Source: an uncultured Erysipelotrichaceae bacterium (lineage in GTDB: Bacteria > Bacillota_I > Bacilli_A > RF39 > UBA660). From it: a stretch of DNA of 64,000 nucleotides. Made by a program: the position numbers and the translations under genes. Shown piece after piece: positions 54,733 to 64,000 of the stretch. The DNA lies in NCBI GenBank assembly GCA_902801825.1, contig CADCJS010000002.1, forward strand, positions 33,557 through 97,556, given 5' to 3'. Positions within the stretch are counted from its first letter, which is position 1; the number at the start of each line of letters is the position of its first letter. The notes under the pieces are model-generated. The model did no database searches. It was not told where the DNA came from and saw nothing but the letters and a program-made list of their open reading frames with translations.

Positions 54733-55983
54733 ATGATTCAAAAAATTAAAGGTACTTATGATGTTTATGGAGATTTAGCTTTAAAACATGATTATGTAAA
54801 AAAATTATTTCAAGCAGTATGTGAAAATTATAATTATAAATATATTGAAACACCTATTATTGAAAGAAGTGAATTATTTCATAGAGGTGTAGGAGATACA
54901 ACCGATATAGTTACTAAAGAAACATATGATTTTAAAGATAGAGGTAATAGAGATTTAACATTAAGACCAGAAGGAACTGCAGGTGTTGCTAGATCTATTA
55001 TTGAAAATAAATTATATACTTCTTTACCATTAAAATTCTATTATGAAGGTTCTATGTTTAGATATGAAAGACCTCAAAAGGGTAGATATAGAGAGTTAAG
55101 ACAAATGGGTGTTGAATTATATGGTTCAAGTAATCCAATTTCAGATATAGAAGTAATTAGTTTAGGATATAATTTCTTAAAAGAATTAGGTATAAATAAT
55201 GTAAAAGTTTTAATTAATTCTATTGGTGGAGTAGAAACTAGAAATAAGTATAAAAAAGAATTAATTAAACATTTTGAAAATAATATAGATGAATTTTGTG
55301 ATGATTGTAAAGAAAGATTAAAAAAGAATCCCTTAAGAATATTAGATTGTAAAGTTGATTCAAATAATAAATTAATAAAAACCGCACCAAATATACTTGA
55401 TTATTTAAATACAGAAGAAAAAGAAAACTTTGAAAAAATTAAAGAATATTTAGAATTATTAGAAATAGATTATGAAGTTGATAATTCTTTAGTTAGAGGT
55501 TTAGATTATTATACAAATTTAGTATTTGAATTTAAAACAGATATTAAAGATATTGGTTCTATTGGTGGCGGAGGTAGATATGATAATTTACTTGAATCAT
55601 TAGGAGGACCAAGTGTTCCATCAGTTGGTTTTGCATTTGGTTTTGATAGAGTAATAGATGTTATTAATGAACTTGATATTAGTTTACCTACTAATAATGA
55701 TTTAGATATATATATAATGCCTTTAAGTGACAATGAATTATATTATTCGCTTAGTATAATAAATGATTTAAGAATGTGTGGTTATAAAGTTGATATAGAC
55801 TTATTAAATAAATCTATTAAAGGTAAATTTAAAGAATCTGAAAAATATAATGCCAAATATATAGTTATTATAGGTGAAGATGAAGTTAATAACGGTGTTT
55901 TAACTGTTAAAGATACAACTACTAAAGAAGAAATAAAAATAAGCCAAGATGAATTACTTGATTATTTTGATATGAATATTTAA
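54733..55983 (+). CDS. hisS: histidyl-tRNA synthetase
   Basis: Class II motifs: 'FRYERPQKGRYREL' (motif 2) and 'GGGGRYD' (motif 3). C-terminal anticodon-binding domain. Confidence 0.9.
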   Translation: MIQKIKGTYDVYGDLALKHDYVKKLFQAVCENYNYKYIETPIIERSELFHRGVGDTTDIVTKETYDFKDRGNRDLTLRPEGTAGVARSIIENKLYTSLPLKFYYEGSMFRYERPQKGRYRELRQMGVELYGSSNPISDIEVISLGYNFLKELGINNVKVLINSIGGVETRNKYKKELIKHFENNIDEFCDDCKERLKKNPLRILDCKVDSNNKLIKTAPNILDYLNTEEKENFEKIKEYLELLEIDYEVDNSLVRGLDYYTNLVFEFKTDIKDIGSIGGGGRYDNLLESLGGPSVPSVGFAFGFDRVIDVINELDISLPTNNDLDIYIMPLSDNELYYSLSIINDLRMCGYKVDIDLLNKSIKGKFKESEKYNAKYIVIIGEDEVNNGVLTVKDTTTKEEIKISQDELLDYFDMNI

Positions 55984-56652
55984 ATGAAAAAAATAAAATT
56001 AATAGAAGATTATTTAAATGAATTATACAGTAATCCTAAATGTGAATTAAATTATAATTCAGATTTTGAATTATTAATATGTATCATGTTATCTGCACAA
56101 ACTACTGATAAAAAAGTAAATATTGTATCTAAAGAATTATTTAACAAATATGATACTATTGAAAAACTTAGTAAAGCTGATATTAAAGATTTAAAACAAA
56201 TATTAAGACCTTTAGGTAATCACAATAAGAAATCTGTATATATAAAAGAAATTTCAAGTATTATATATAATGATTATAATTCAAAAGTACCTTATAAAAG
56301 AAATATATTAGAAAGTTTACCTGGAGTAGGTAGAAAAACTGTAAATGTATTTTTTTCAGAATTAGATATTGAACCTAATATCGCAGTAGATACTCATGTT
56401 AGTAGAGTAAGTAAAAGATTATCATTAGTAAGTGATAATGATGATGTTTTAAAAATAGAAAAGAGATTAAGAAGAATATTTAAAAAAGAAACATATAATA
56501 AATTACATTTACAATTAGTATTATTTGGTAGATATAATTGTAAAAGTATTAATCCTAATTGTAAAAGTTGTAAGTTAAAAGATATATGTAAATATTATAA
56601 AGAAAGGAATAATTATGAAAAGAACGTTAATAAAAAATTTAATAGAAAATGA
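55984..56652 (+). CDS. nth: endonuclease III (HhH-GPD, 4Fe-4S)
   Basis: 'LPGVGRKT' HhH and the 'CKSINPNCKSCKLKDIC' FeS cluster loop. Confidence 0.85.
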   Translation: MKKIKLIEDYLNELYSNPKCELNYNSDFELLICIMLSAQTTDKKVNIVSKELFNKYDTIEKLSKADIKDLKQILRPLGNHNKKSVYIKEISSIIYNDYNSKVPYKRNILESLPGVGRKTVNVFFSELDIEPNIAVDTHVSRVSKRLSLVSDNDDVLKIEKRLRRIFKKETYNKLHLQLVLFGRYNCKSINPNCKSCKLKDICKYYKERNNYEKNVNKKFNRK

Positions 56653-57904
56653 AGAATCTAAAATAAGTGGATTTGCTAAAAAAATAAGAAATACAAAATA
56701 TATGTATTTTATTATATTAGAAGATAGATCTTCAAGTATACAAGTTTCAATAGAAAAAGAAACAAATAAAGAAATGTGTGAACAATTAGAAGGTGTTTTA
56801 TCTGATTCTGTTATAGAATTTGTTGGTAAAATGGTAAAAAGTGAATATGTTAAAAATGGTGGTAAAGAATTTATTCCAACATCTTTAAATATTTTATCTA
56901 AAGCAGATGCTTCACCACTAGAAGATAATGCTAATATAGATACAAGAATGGATTATAGATGGATAGATTTAAGAACTAAAAGAAATAATTTAATGCTTAA
57001 AGTACAAAGTTTATTAGTACAAGGTATGAGAGATTATTTATATGAAAATGATTTTACTGAAATACATACTCCAAAATTAATTGGTGCTGCTTCAGAATCA
57101 GGATCTGAAGTATTTGAAGTTAATTATTTTAATAGAAAAGCATATTTAGCACAAAGTCCTCAATTCTATAAACAAATGGCTATAGCATCTTCCTTAGAAA
57201 GAGTATTTGAAGTAGCACCTGTATTTAGAGCAGAAAATTCTAATACTTATAGACATGCTACAGAATATACTGGTTTTGACGTTGAAATTGCTTATATAGA
57301 TGATTTAGAAGAATTAATGAATATTGAAGAAGATCTTATTATTAATGGTTTAATTAAAGTTAAAGAAAAGTATAATGATCAAATTAAAGAATTATTTAAT
57401 ACAGAAGTAATTATTCCAAATAAACCTTTTCCTAGAATAGATTTAAATGATTTATATAATAAATTACATGATAAATATGGATATGATATACCTAAAGAAG
57501 ATGTAGGTGATATGAATAATGAAACTGAAAGTTTAATAACTAAATTTGCAATGGAAGAATATGGTTCAGAATTTATATTTGTAACTGGTTTTTCTAAATC
57601 AAAAAGACCATTTTATCATAAAAGAGAAAATGATAAACCAATTGGTTATGACTTAATATATAGAGGAACTGAAATAACTACTGGTTCACTTAGAGAACAT
57701 AGATATGATATATTAAAAAAACAATCAGAAGAAAAAGGATTAACAAAGGATGTTGAATTCTATTTAAATTTCTTTAAATATGGATGTCCACCACATGGAG
57801 GATTTGGTATTGGTATTGATAGATTAAATATGTTATTACTTAATTTACCAAGTTTAAAAGAAGAAATGTTTATATTTAGAGGACCTAATAGATTAGAACC
57901 TTAA
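56615..57904 (+). CDS. aspS: aspartyl-tRNA synthetase, archaeal/short type (possibly non-discriminating)
   Basis: 429 aa. Class IIb motifs 'FRAENSNTYRHATEYTGFDVE' and 'GGFGIGIDRLNMLL'. N-terminal OB anticodon-binding domain. Confidence 0.75.
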   Translation: MKRTLIKNLIENEESKISGFAKKIRNTKYMYFIILEDRSSSIQVSIEKETNKEMCEQLEGVLSDSVIEFVGKMVKSEYVKNGGKEFIPTSLNILSKADASPLEDNANIDTRMDYRWIDLRTKRNNLMLKVQSLLVQGMRDYLYENDFTEIHTPKLIGAASESGSEVFEVNYFNRKAYLAQSPQFYKQMAIASSLERVFEVAPVFRAENSNTYRHATEYTGFDVEIAYIDDLEELMNIEEDLIINGLIKVKEKYNDQIKELFNTEVIIPNKPFPRIDLNDLYNKLHDKYGYDIPKEDVGDMNNETESLITKFAMEEYGSEFIFVTGFSKSKRPFYHKRENDKPIGYDLIYRGTEITTGSLREHRYDILKKQSEEKGLTKDVEFYLNFFKYGCPPHGGFGIGIDRLNMLLLNLPSLKEEMFIFRGPNRLEP

Positions 57905-57914
57905 GGAGGAAAAT

Positions 57915-59282
57915 ATGGATTTAGTAAATGTTTATAAAAATAATAAAATTAATGATAATATTGTTTTAGAAGGGTGGATAAGAAACCATAGACCTCAAAA
58001 AGAATATGGATTTATAGATTTCTTTGATGGTACTTGTTTTGAATCAATTCAAGTTGTTTATGATAATACTTTAGATAATTTTGAAGATTTAACTCATTTA
58101 TTAGTAGGAAGTGCAATTAAAGTAGAAGGTACTTTAGTAGAAAGCCAAGGAAAACAAGATATGGAAGTTAAAGCTACTAAAGTTGAAATAATATCTAAAT
58201 CTAGTGAAGATTATCCTATACAACCAAAAAGACATACAATGGAATTCTTAAGAAGTGAAGCTTACTTAAGAAGTAGAACTAAAACATTTCAAGCAGTATT
58301 TAAAATAAGAAGTTTAGCAGCATATGCAATACATAAATATTTTAATGAAAATAATTATTTATATGTTCATACTCCTTTAATAACTACATCTGATTGTGAA
58401 GGAGAGAATCAAATGTTTAAGCTTACTACATTTGATTTAAACAATGTTCCTAAAAATGATAAAGAAGTAGATTATTCAAAAGATTTATTCCATAAACAGA
58501 CATTTGTCACAGGAACAGGACAATTGCATGGTGAAGCTTTCGCAAATAGTTTTAAAAAGATATATACTTTTGGTCCAACATTTAGAACAGAAAAATCTAA
58601 TACTAAAACACATGCTAATGAATTCTGGATGATTGAACCAGAAATATCATTTTGTAATCTAGAAGAATTAATGAACATAGAAGAAGAAATGCTTAAATAT
58701 ATTGTTAAATATGTATTAGATAATGCCAAAGAAGAAATTGAATTCTTTAATAGTTTTATATCAAAAGGATTAAAAGATAAATTAGAAAACTTAGTAAATA
58801 ACGATTTTAAAAGAATTACTCATAAAGAAGCAATTGATATATTAAAAGAAGCTAAAGTTAATTTTGAATTTAAACCTGATTATAATGAAGATTTAGCTAA
58901 AGAACATGAAAAATATATAACTGAATACTTTAATTGCCCAGTATTTGTATATAACTGGCCTAAAGATATAAAAGCTTGGTATATGAAGGTAAATGATGAT
59001 AATGAAACTGTCGCTGCAGTTGATTTAGAAGTATTAGGTGCAGGAGAAATAATGGGTGGTAGTCAAAGAGAAGAAAACTATGATGTATTACTTCAAAGAG
59101 CTAAAGAAAAAAATGTCGATATAGAATCAATTGATTGGTATTTAAATTTAAGAAAATATGGTTGTCCTTATCATTCTGGATTTGGTATGGGATTTGAAAG
59201 ATTAATAATATATCTAACTGGAATGGAAAATATACGAGATGTAATTCCGTTTCCTAGAACACCTGGAAACTGTGAATATTAA
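57915..59282 (+). CDS. asnS: asparaginyl-tRNA synthetase
   Basis: Near-collinear with E. coli AsnS: 'GPTFRTEKSNTKTHANEFWMIEPE', 'VLGAGEIMGGSQREE' and 'GFGMGFERLIIYLTGMENIRDVIPFPRTPGN'. Confidence 0.85.
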   Translation: MDLVNVYKNNKINDNIVLEGWIRNHRPQKEYGFIDFFDGTCFESIQVVYDNTLDNFEDLTHLLVGSAIKVEGTLVESQGKQDMEVKATKVEIISKSSEDYPIQPKRHTMEFLRSEAYLRSRTKTFQAVFKIRSLAAYAIHKYFNENNYLYVHTPLITTSDCEGENQMFKLTTFDLNNVPKNDKEVDYSKDLFHKQTFVTGTGQLHGEAFANSFKKIYTFGPTFRTEKSNTKTHANEFWMIEPEISFCNLEELMNIEEEMLKYIVKYVLDNAKEEIEFFNSFISKGLKDKLENLVNNDFKRITHKEAIDILKEAKVNFEFKPDYNEDLAKEHEKYITEYFNCPVFVYNWPKDIKAWYMKVNDDNETVAAVDLEVLGAGEIMGGSQREENYDVLLQRAKEKNVDIESIDWYLNLRKYGCPYHSGFGMGFERLIIYLTGMENIRDVIPFPRTPGNCEY

Positions 59283-59349
59283 AAAAATAAAGTAAAAACT
59301 ACTTTATTTTTTTATTATATTTATTTAAATGATATAATATAAAAAAAAG

Positions 59350-60885
59350 GTGATGAATATGAAGAATATAATTCAAATTGCTAAAAAAATAGGATTAACT
59401 AAAAAAGATTTATTTTTATATGGTAATTATATGTCAAAAATTAATTATGATTATGAAAATAGTACTAATAAAGATGGAAAATTAATATTAGTAACAAGTA
59501 TTAATCCAACACCATATGGAGAGGGTAAAACAACTTTAAGTATTGGATTAAATGATTCATTAAATCTTTTAGAAAAGAAATCAGTTGCGGCATTAAGAGA
59601 ACCATCTTTAGGTCCAGTATTTGGAAGAAAAGGTGGTGCTATTGGTGGTGGTAAATCAATAGTTATACCTTCAAATGAAATAAATTTACATTTTACAGGT
59701 GATTTTCATGCAATAACTAGTGCAAATAATTTATTATGTGCAATTGTAGATAATCATATTTATCAAGGTAATAAATTAAATATAGATAAAGTTATTATTA
59801 AAAGATGTTTAGATGTAAATGATAGATCATTAAGAGGTAATTTTGTAATTACTCCAGCTTCTGAAATAATGGCAATATTTTGTTTATCAAAAAATATAGA
59901 AGATTTAAAAAGAAGAATAGGTAATATAATAGTTGGTTATACAAAAGAAAATAAAGAAGTATATGCTAAAGATTTAAATGCAGTGGATGCTGTTACTTTA
60001 TTATTAAAAGATGCTATTAAACCAAATTTAGTTCAAAGTAAATATGGTAATCCTATATTAATACATGGTGGCCCATTTGCTAATATAGCGCATGGTTGTT
60101 CTTCAATTATTGCAACTAAAACTGCATTAAAACTATCTGATTATGTAATAACTGAAGCAGGTTTTGGTAGTGATTTAGGTGCAATTAAGTTTTTTGATAT
60201 AAAATGTAAAAATAATAATATTTATCCAGAAGCTATAATTTTAAATGTTACAATACAAGCATTAAAACATAATGGTGAAAATAATTTAAGTAAAGGAATA
60301 TCTAATTTAGAATTTCATATTAATAATATGAAAAAATATACTAGTAATCTTATAGTAGCTTTAAATAAATTTAAAGAAGATAAGGAAGAAGAAATACAAT
60401 TTATAAAAGATTTTTGTACAAAACTAAATATAGATTTTAGTATATGTACTAATTATCTAGATGGTGAAATAGGATGCATAGAATTAGCAAATAAAATAAT
60501 TAATTTAAAGAAAAACACTAAAAAATATAAAGTATATAATATAAATGATTCTTTAGAAGAAAAAATTAATAAAATGTGTAGAAATGAATTAGGTGCAAAT
60601 ATAATAGAGTATACAGATTTAGCAAAAGAAAAATTAAAACTATATAAAAATAAAAAATTAGATATTTGTATATCTAAAACACCAATGTCAATAACACAAA
60701 ATCCTAAGATATTAGGTTATCCAAAAGATTTTAAATTAAAAATAACAGATATTAATTTATATAATGGTGCGGGTTTTATAACTATAATGTTAGGAAATGT
60801 AATCACTATGCCTGGTCTTACTAAAGATTCAAATTATATTAATATGAAAATTGATAATTATGGTAATATTTCTGGGATTAATTAA
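59350..60885 (+). CDS. fhs: formate--tetrahydrofolate ligase
   Basis: 'PTPYGEGKTT' P-loop, 'GGGKS', 'HGGPFANIAHGC' and 'EAGFG.D'. Confidence 0.85.
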   Translation: MMNMKNIIQIAKKIGLTKKDLFLYGNYMSKINYDYENSTNKDGKLILVTSINPTPYGEGKTTLSIGLNDSLNLLEKKSVAALREPSLGPVFGRKGGAIGGGKSIVIPSNEINLHFTGDFHAITSANNLLCAIVDNHIYQGNKLNIDKVIIKRCLDVNDRSLRGNFVITPASEIMAIFCLSKNIEDLKRRIGNIIVGYTKENKEVYAKDLNAVDAVTLLLKDAIKPNLVQSKYGNPILIHGGPFANIAHGCSSIIATKTALKLSDYVITEAGFGSDLGAIKFFDIKCKNNNIYPEAIILNVTIQALKHNGENNLSKGISNLEFHINNMKKYTSNLIVALNKFKEDKEEEIQFIKDFCTKLNIDFSICTNYLDGEIGCIELANKIINLKKNTKKYKVYNINDSLEEKINKMCRNELGANIIEYTDLAKEKLKLYKNKKLDICISKTPMSITQNPKILGYPKDFKLKITDINLYNGAGFITIMLGNVITMPGLTKDSNYINMKIDNYGNISGIN

Positions 60886-60912
60886 AAAAATACACAAATG
60901 TGTATTTTTTTA
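60886..60912 (+). terminator. rho-independent terminator after fhs
   Basis: aaaaatacac-aaat-gtgtattttt hairpin followed by a T-run. Confidence 0.55.
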
Positions 60913-60960
60913 ATGGAATTAATTTTTTTAATGTCTAATAAAACATATGAAAGGAGGAGT

Positions 60961-61821
60961 ATGGAATATAGTACCGATAAATTCTATAGTTGTAAATATG
61001 ATAGAGCATTTAAAGAAGTATTCTTAAAAGAAAGAAATAAAGATTTATTAAAGGTATTATTAGAAAGTATATTAAAATTAAAAATAAAAGGAATAAAATT
61101 AATACCAAATGAATTAAATGAAGAAAACTTATTGGTAAGAAGAAAAACATTAGATGCTTTAATAGAAACAGATATAGGAAAGATAGGAATAGAAGTTAAT
61201 TCAAATAATAGACCATATGTACATTTAAGAAATATGGCATATATATGTGATTTATATGCATCTTATACTTTATCCGGAGAAAAATATACAGATAAAGTAG
61301 ATATAATACAAATAAATTTAAGTTATGAACTAGGTATAAATCATAAAAAATTATCAATATATAAAATAATGGATGATGAAGAAAATCTATATGTGAATAA
61401 TTTTAAAATCTATGAAATAAATATGGATTATTATCTAAAATTATGGTACGATAAAAACGAAAAAGAGATAAAAGAAAATGAATATCTAGTAATGCTTGGA
61501 CTTGATAAAGAAGAACTAGAAGCTTTTTCAAAAATAATAAAAAATGAAAAGGTGGAAAAATATATGAGTGAAATAAAGAAAGTAAATGGGAAAACAGTAT
61601 TTAAAAGATTTATATCATATGAACAAGATAAAGAATTTATTAAAAATAGTGAATTAAGTGAAGCGAAAGATGAAGGAATTAAAGAAGGAATTAAAGAGGG
61701 TTCATATGATAAACAAATTGAAATTGCGAAAAATCTACTTAATGAAAATATGGATATAAAAACTATTTCAAAAGTAACTGGTCTATCAATAGAAAATATT
61801 AATAAATTAAAAATAAAGTAA
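60961..61821 (+). CDS. Rpn/YhgA-like PD-(D/E)XK nuclease family protein (putative transposase-like)
   Basis: 'DRAFKEVFLKERNKDLLKVLLESIL' matches the N-terminal signature of the Rpn family (TIGR01784-type). Start moved to the ATG at 60961 (AAAGGAGGAG RBS). Confidence 0.6.
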   Translation: MEYSTDKFYSCKYDRAFKEVFLKERNKDLLKVLLESILKLKIKGIKLIPNELNEENLLVRRKTLDALIETDIGKIGIEVNSNNRPYVHLRNMAYICDLYASYTLSGEKYTDKVDIIQINLSYELGINHKKLSIYKIMDDEENLYVNNFKIYEINMDYYLKLWYDKNEKEIKENEYLVMLGLDKEELEAFSKIIKNEKVEKYMSEIKKVNGKTVFKRFISYEQDKEFIKNSELSEAKDEGIKEGIKEGSYDKQIEIAKNLLNENMDIKTISKVTGLSIENINKLKIK

Positions 61822-61863
61822 AAACCACTTTATTTTTTTATTTTATATGTTATAATTAAAGTA

Positions 61864-62026
61864 CCTATAAGAATTAGTGTACATATAACCCACTAAAACT
61901 TCGATAAGGGAATCGGGAATAATAAATGGTGTTGAATACTTACTTGTTAAGGATCCTAAAGTTTATTACAAGATACCCACCTGCACATACGTGTAGGTTT
62001 ATCGTAACAATTCTTATAGGTTTTTT
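61864..62026 (+). ncRNA. candidate structured small RNA / cis-regulatory leader with 12-bp closing helix and U-tract
   Basis: TATAAT at 61851-61856, about 7 nt upstream. 5' cctataagaatt (61864-61875) is perfectly complementary to aattcttatagg (62009-62020), which is followed by TTTTTT. Internal hairpins cctgcac-atac-gtgtagg and cttgtta...tacaag. Confidence 0.35.
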
Positions 62027-62036
62027 GAGGTAAAAT

Positions 62037-62726
62037 ATGTTTGATAGATTAGAAAAACTTATAGGAAAAGAAAATATTGAATTATTACATTCTAAAACTG
62101 TGTTAGTAATAGGTTTAGGTGGAGTAGGTGGTATGGCTGTTGAAACACTTATTAGAAATGGTATAGAAAACATTATATTAGTTGATAATGATATAGTTGA
62201 TATAACTAATAAAAATAGACAAATAATCGCTACTGATTTAACTATAAATAAATTAAAAACAGATGCTTTTGAAGAAAGAATTAAAAAAATAAATAAAAAT
62301 GTAAATATAATAAAAATTAATTATTTTATTACTAAAAATAATGTTGATAGTTTATTTGAATATAAATTTGATTATTTAATAGATGCATGTGATACTATTT
62401 CAACTAAAATATTATTAATTGAAAAATGTTTAGAAAAAAATATTAAATTTATTTCTTCAATGGGTACTGGTAATAAATTTGATATTACAAAATTAAAAAT
62501 AATTGATATAAAGAAAACTAGTTATGATCCAATCGCAAAAGTTATTAGAAAAAAACTAAAAGATGATAAGATTAAAGGAAAAGTTATGGTTGTTTCTAGT
62601 GATGAAATGCCTATAAAAACAAATAATAGAACACCTTATTCTTATAGTGTAGTACCTAATACTGCAGGTATTATGATTGCTGATTATATAATTAAAGATA
62701 TAATAAATATTGAATTTTTTAATTAA
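62037..62726 (+). CDS. tcdA: tRNA threonylcarbamoyladenosine dehydratase (ThiF/MoeB-family, TcdA/CsdL-like)
   Basis: 'VLVIGLGGVGGMAVETLIRNGI' Rossmann fold and 'LIDACDT'. 229 aa. Confidence 0.7.
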   Translation: MFDRLEKLIGKENIELLHSKTVLVIGLGGVGGMAVETLIRNGIENIILVDNDIVDITNKNRQIIATDLTINKLKTDAFEERIKKINKNVNIIKINYFITKNNVDSLFEYKFDYLIDACDTISTKILLIEKCLEKNIKFISSMGTGNKFDITKLKIIDIKKTSYDPIAKVIRKKLKDDKIKGKVMVVSSDEMPIKTNNRTPYSYSVVPNTAGIMIADYIIKDIINIEFFN

Positions 62727-62772
62727 TATGTTAATATATTATAGTCACTAATTTTTTTAGGAGGTTTAAAAA

Positions 62773-63408
62773 ATGGCTAAAATAGATGAATTATTTATAA
62801 AAGAGGTAGTTAATCAAGAAAAAAAATCTATTTATTCAGATGCAATTTTAGATAATATAAATAATAATGAATTTAAAAGAGTATTAATAAGATTAGAAAA
62901 ACTATCTGAAATGTATTATACAAAGAAAAAGTTTGATGATGAATTAATCGTAGAATTAGGTATAATAAATTGTTCTAATGCGTTTAAACAAATTACTAAA
63001 AAATATGTTGAATATAAAAAAGATAATGTATATGATTTAAATAGTGTTAAAATAGATAAAATAATTAATAATAATTATCAAAAATTAAGAAAAACTACTT
63101 TTAAAAATAATAGTGAAAATATGATATATAATATTGCTGTAATTAAAACTTTTTCTAATATATATTTTCAAATAAAAGATTTAAACAAAGGAAAAGATTA
63201 TAAAGATAAGAATTTTATTGAAACAAAAAGAAAAATATCAAAAAAACAATCATTTAATAGTAATTTAGTTAAAGCTAAAGAACTAGGTAGTAATGTAGAT
63301 TTATCTATTAATGATATAGAAAATATTGTTAATAATAATTTGGATAATGGTATAGGAAATATAAATAGTTTATTTGTTAAAGATAAAAAATATGTATATA
63401 AAAAGTAA
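62773..63408 (+). CDS. hypothetical protein (211 aa)
   Basis: GGAGG RBS. No motif recognised. Confidence 0.35.
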   Translation: MAKIDELFIKEVVNQEKKSIYSDAILDNINNNEFKRVLIRLEKLSEMYYTKKKFDDELIVELGIINCSNAFKQITKKYVEYKKDNVYDLNSVKIDKIINNNYQKLRKTTFKNNSENMIYNIAVIKTFSNIYFQIKDLNKGKDYKDKNFIETKRKISKKQSFNSNLVKAKELGSNVDLSINDIENIVNNNLDNGIGNINSLFVKDKKYVYKK

Positions 63409-63418
63409 TGATATATTA

Positions 63419-64000
63419 TTAATCATTACTTTTTTTATTTATATTTTCTATTTTCATATATATTTCATTTAAACTTTTTTCATAACTACTAGTTAATTTA
63501 GCTTTATAATATTTTTTATTTTTTAAATTATCAGGCATATATTGTTGTTTAACATAACTACCTTTATAGTCATGTGGATATTTATATATTTTAGAGTCTA
63601 TTTTAATAGTATTAGGAATTGGATATACTTCATTATCATTTAAATCATTATATGCATTATCAAAAGCTAAATAAGCACTATTAGATTTAGGTGATAAAGC
63701 CATTTCTACTATAGTTTTAGCAAGTATTATTCTAGCTTCAGGCATTCCAACTCTTTCACATGCATTAATCGCACTTTCAACTTTAACTCCCATTAGAGGA
63801 GATGCTAAACCAATATCTTCATATGCTATTACAGTCATTCTTCTATATATACTATCTAAATCTCCTTGTTTTATTAATCTAGATAAATAATGAAGTGAAG
63901 CATTAACATCTGATCCTCTAATAGATTTTTGAAATGCAGATAATAAATCATAATGAAATGATTCATCTTTATCAGATAAAAATACTGGTTTAGAATTTAT
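63419..64000 (-). CDS. rarA: replication-associated recombination protein A (RarA/MgsA), C-terminal part; gene continues beyond window
   Basis: The reverse-strand translation reads '...LSAFQKSIRGSDVNASLHYLSRLIKQGDLDSIYRRMTVIAYEDIGLASP...'. This matches the conserved MgsA C-terminal region. The frame is open to the window edge. Confidence 0.8.
   Translation of the reverse strand: MNSKPVFLSDKDESFHYDLLSAFQKSIRGSDVNASLHYLSRLIKQGDLDSIYRRMTVIAYEDIGLASPLMGVKVESAINACERVGMPEARIILAKTIVEMALSPKSNSAYLAFDNAYNDLNDNEVYPIPNTIKIDSKIYKYPHDYKGSYVKQQYMPDNLKNKKYYKAKLTSSYEKSLNEIYMKIENINKKSND

Noticed and set aside
61940-61945. GGATCC (BamHI) site within the sRNA candidate as a possible sign of cloning-vector contamination
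   Set aside because: It is a single hexamer inside an otherwise native-looking intergenic region. No vector-like sequence surrounds it.

Overview
The window is an extremely AT-rich, standard-genetic-code chromosome segment: Trp is encoded by TGG, and the long ORFs are intact without TGA read-through. It reads as a low-GC, endospore-forming Firmicute of the Clostridia type, not a Mycoplasma. Sporulation genes support this: an intact sigK, spoIVB, a GerE-like regulator, a SpoVB-like flippase, a PrsW-like protease, a YqeG phosphatase and a DUF421 protein.

Most of the window is conserved housekeeping synteny:
- PBP2, rpmG, ldh, efp
- tRNA-Arg(TCT), then ackA
- RecD2-like helicase, then dnaG-rpoD-trmK
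- prepilin peptidase, then mutS
- nusB-xseA-xseB-spoIVB
- L21 leader, rplU-prp-rpmA-trmB-obg
- ruvA-tdk-ruvB-queA-tgt
- secDF-relA-dtd, then hisS-nth-aspS(archaeal type)-asnS-fhs
- tcdA, and a partial rarA at the 3' edge

Several small accessory-looking insertions interrupt this backbone.

The most interesting locus lies at about 13.8-18.9 kb. It holds a C39-peptidase/ABC bacteriocin-type exporter (16541-18568), immediately followed by two small paralogous ORFs of 46 and 54 aa. Both fall below the ORF-track cutoff. Their N-termini, MKELSVSQTKDMYAGA and MKELSLEKQKELYAGG, are classic double-glycine leaders and closely resemble the leader I recall for lactococcin G alpha. Together these look like an undescribed class IIb two-peptide bacteriocin system. 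A permease/Fur-family regulator/HD-domain/membrane-protein operon sits just upstream.

Other noteworthy items:
- A ~163-nt structured RNA candidate with its own promoter, a 12-bp long-range closing helix and a U-tract, upstream of tcdA and next to an Rpn/YhgA-like nuclease gene.
- A GC-rich structured element at about 12.1 kb, unusual in this AT-rich context.
- SecDF fused in frame to an N-terminal small-membrane-protein-like domain carrying an IPIYN motif.
- tdk inserted between ruvA and ruvB.
- mutS without an adjacent mutL.
- A four-gene block of hypothetical membrane/PH-like proteins downstream of tRNA-Arg/ackA.

No CRISPR array, integrase or transposase was seen.
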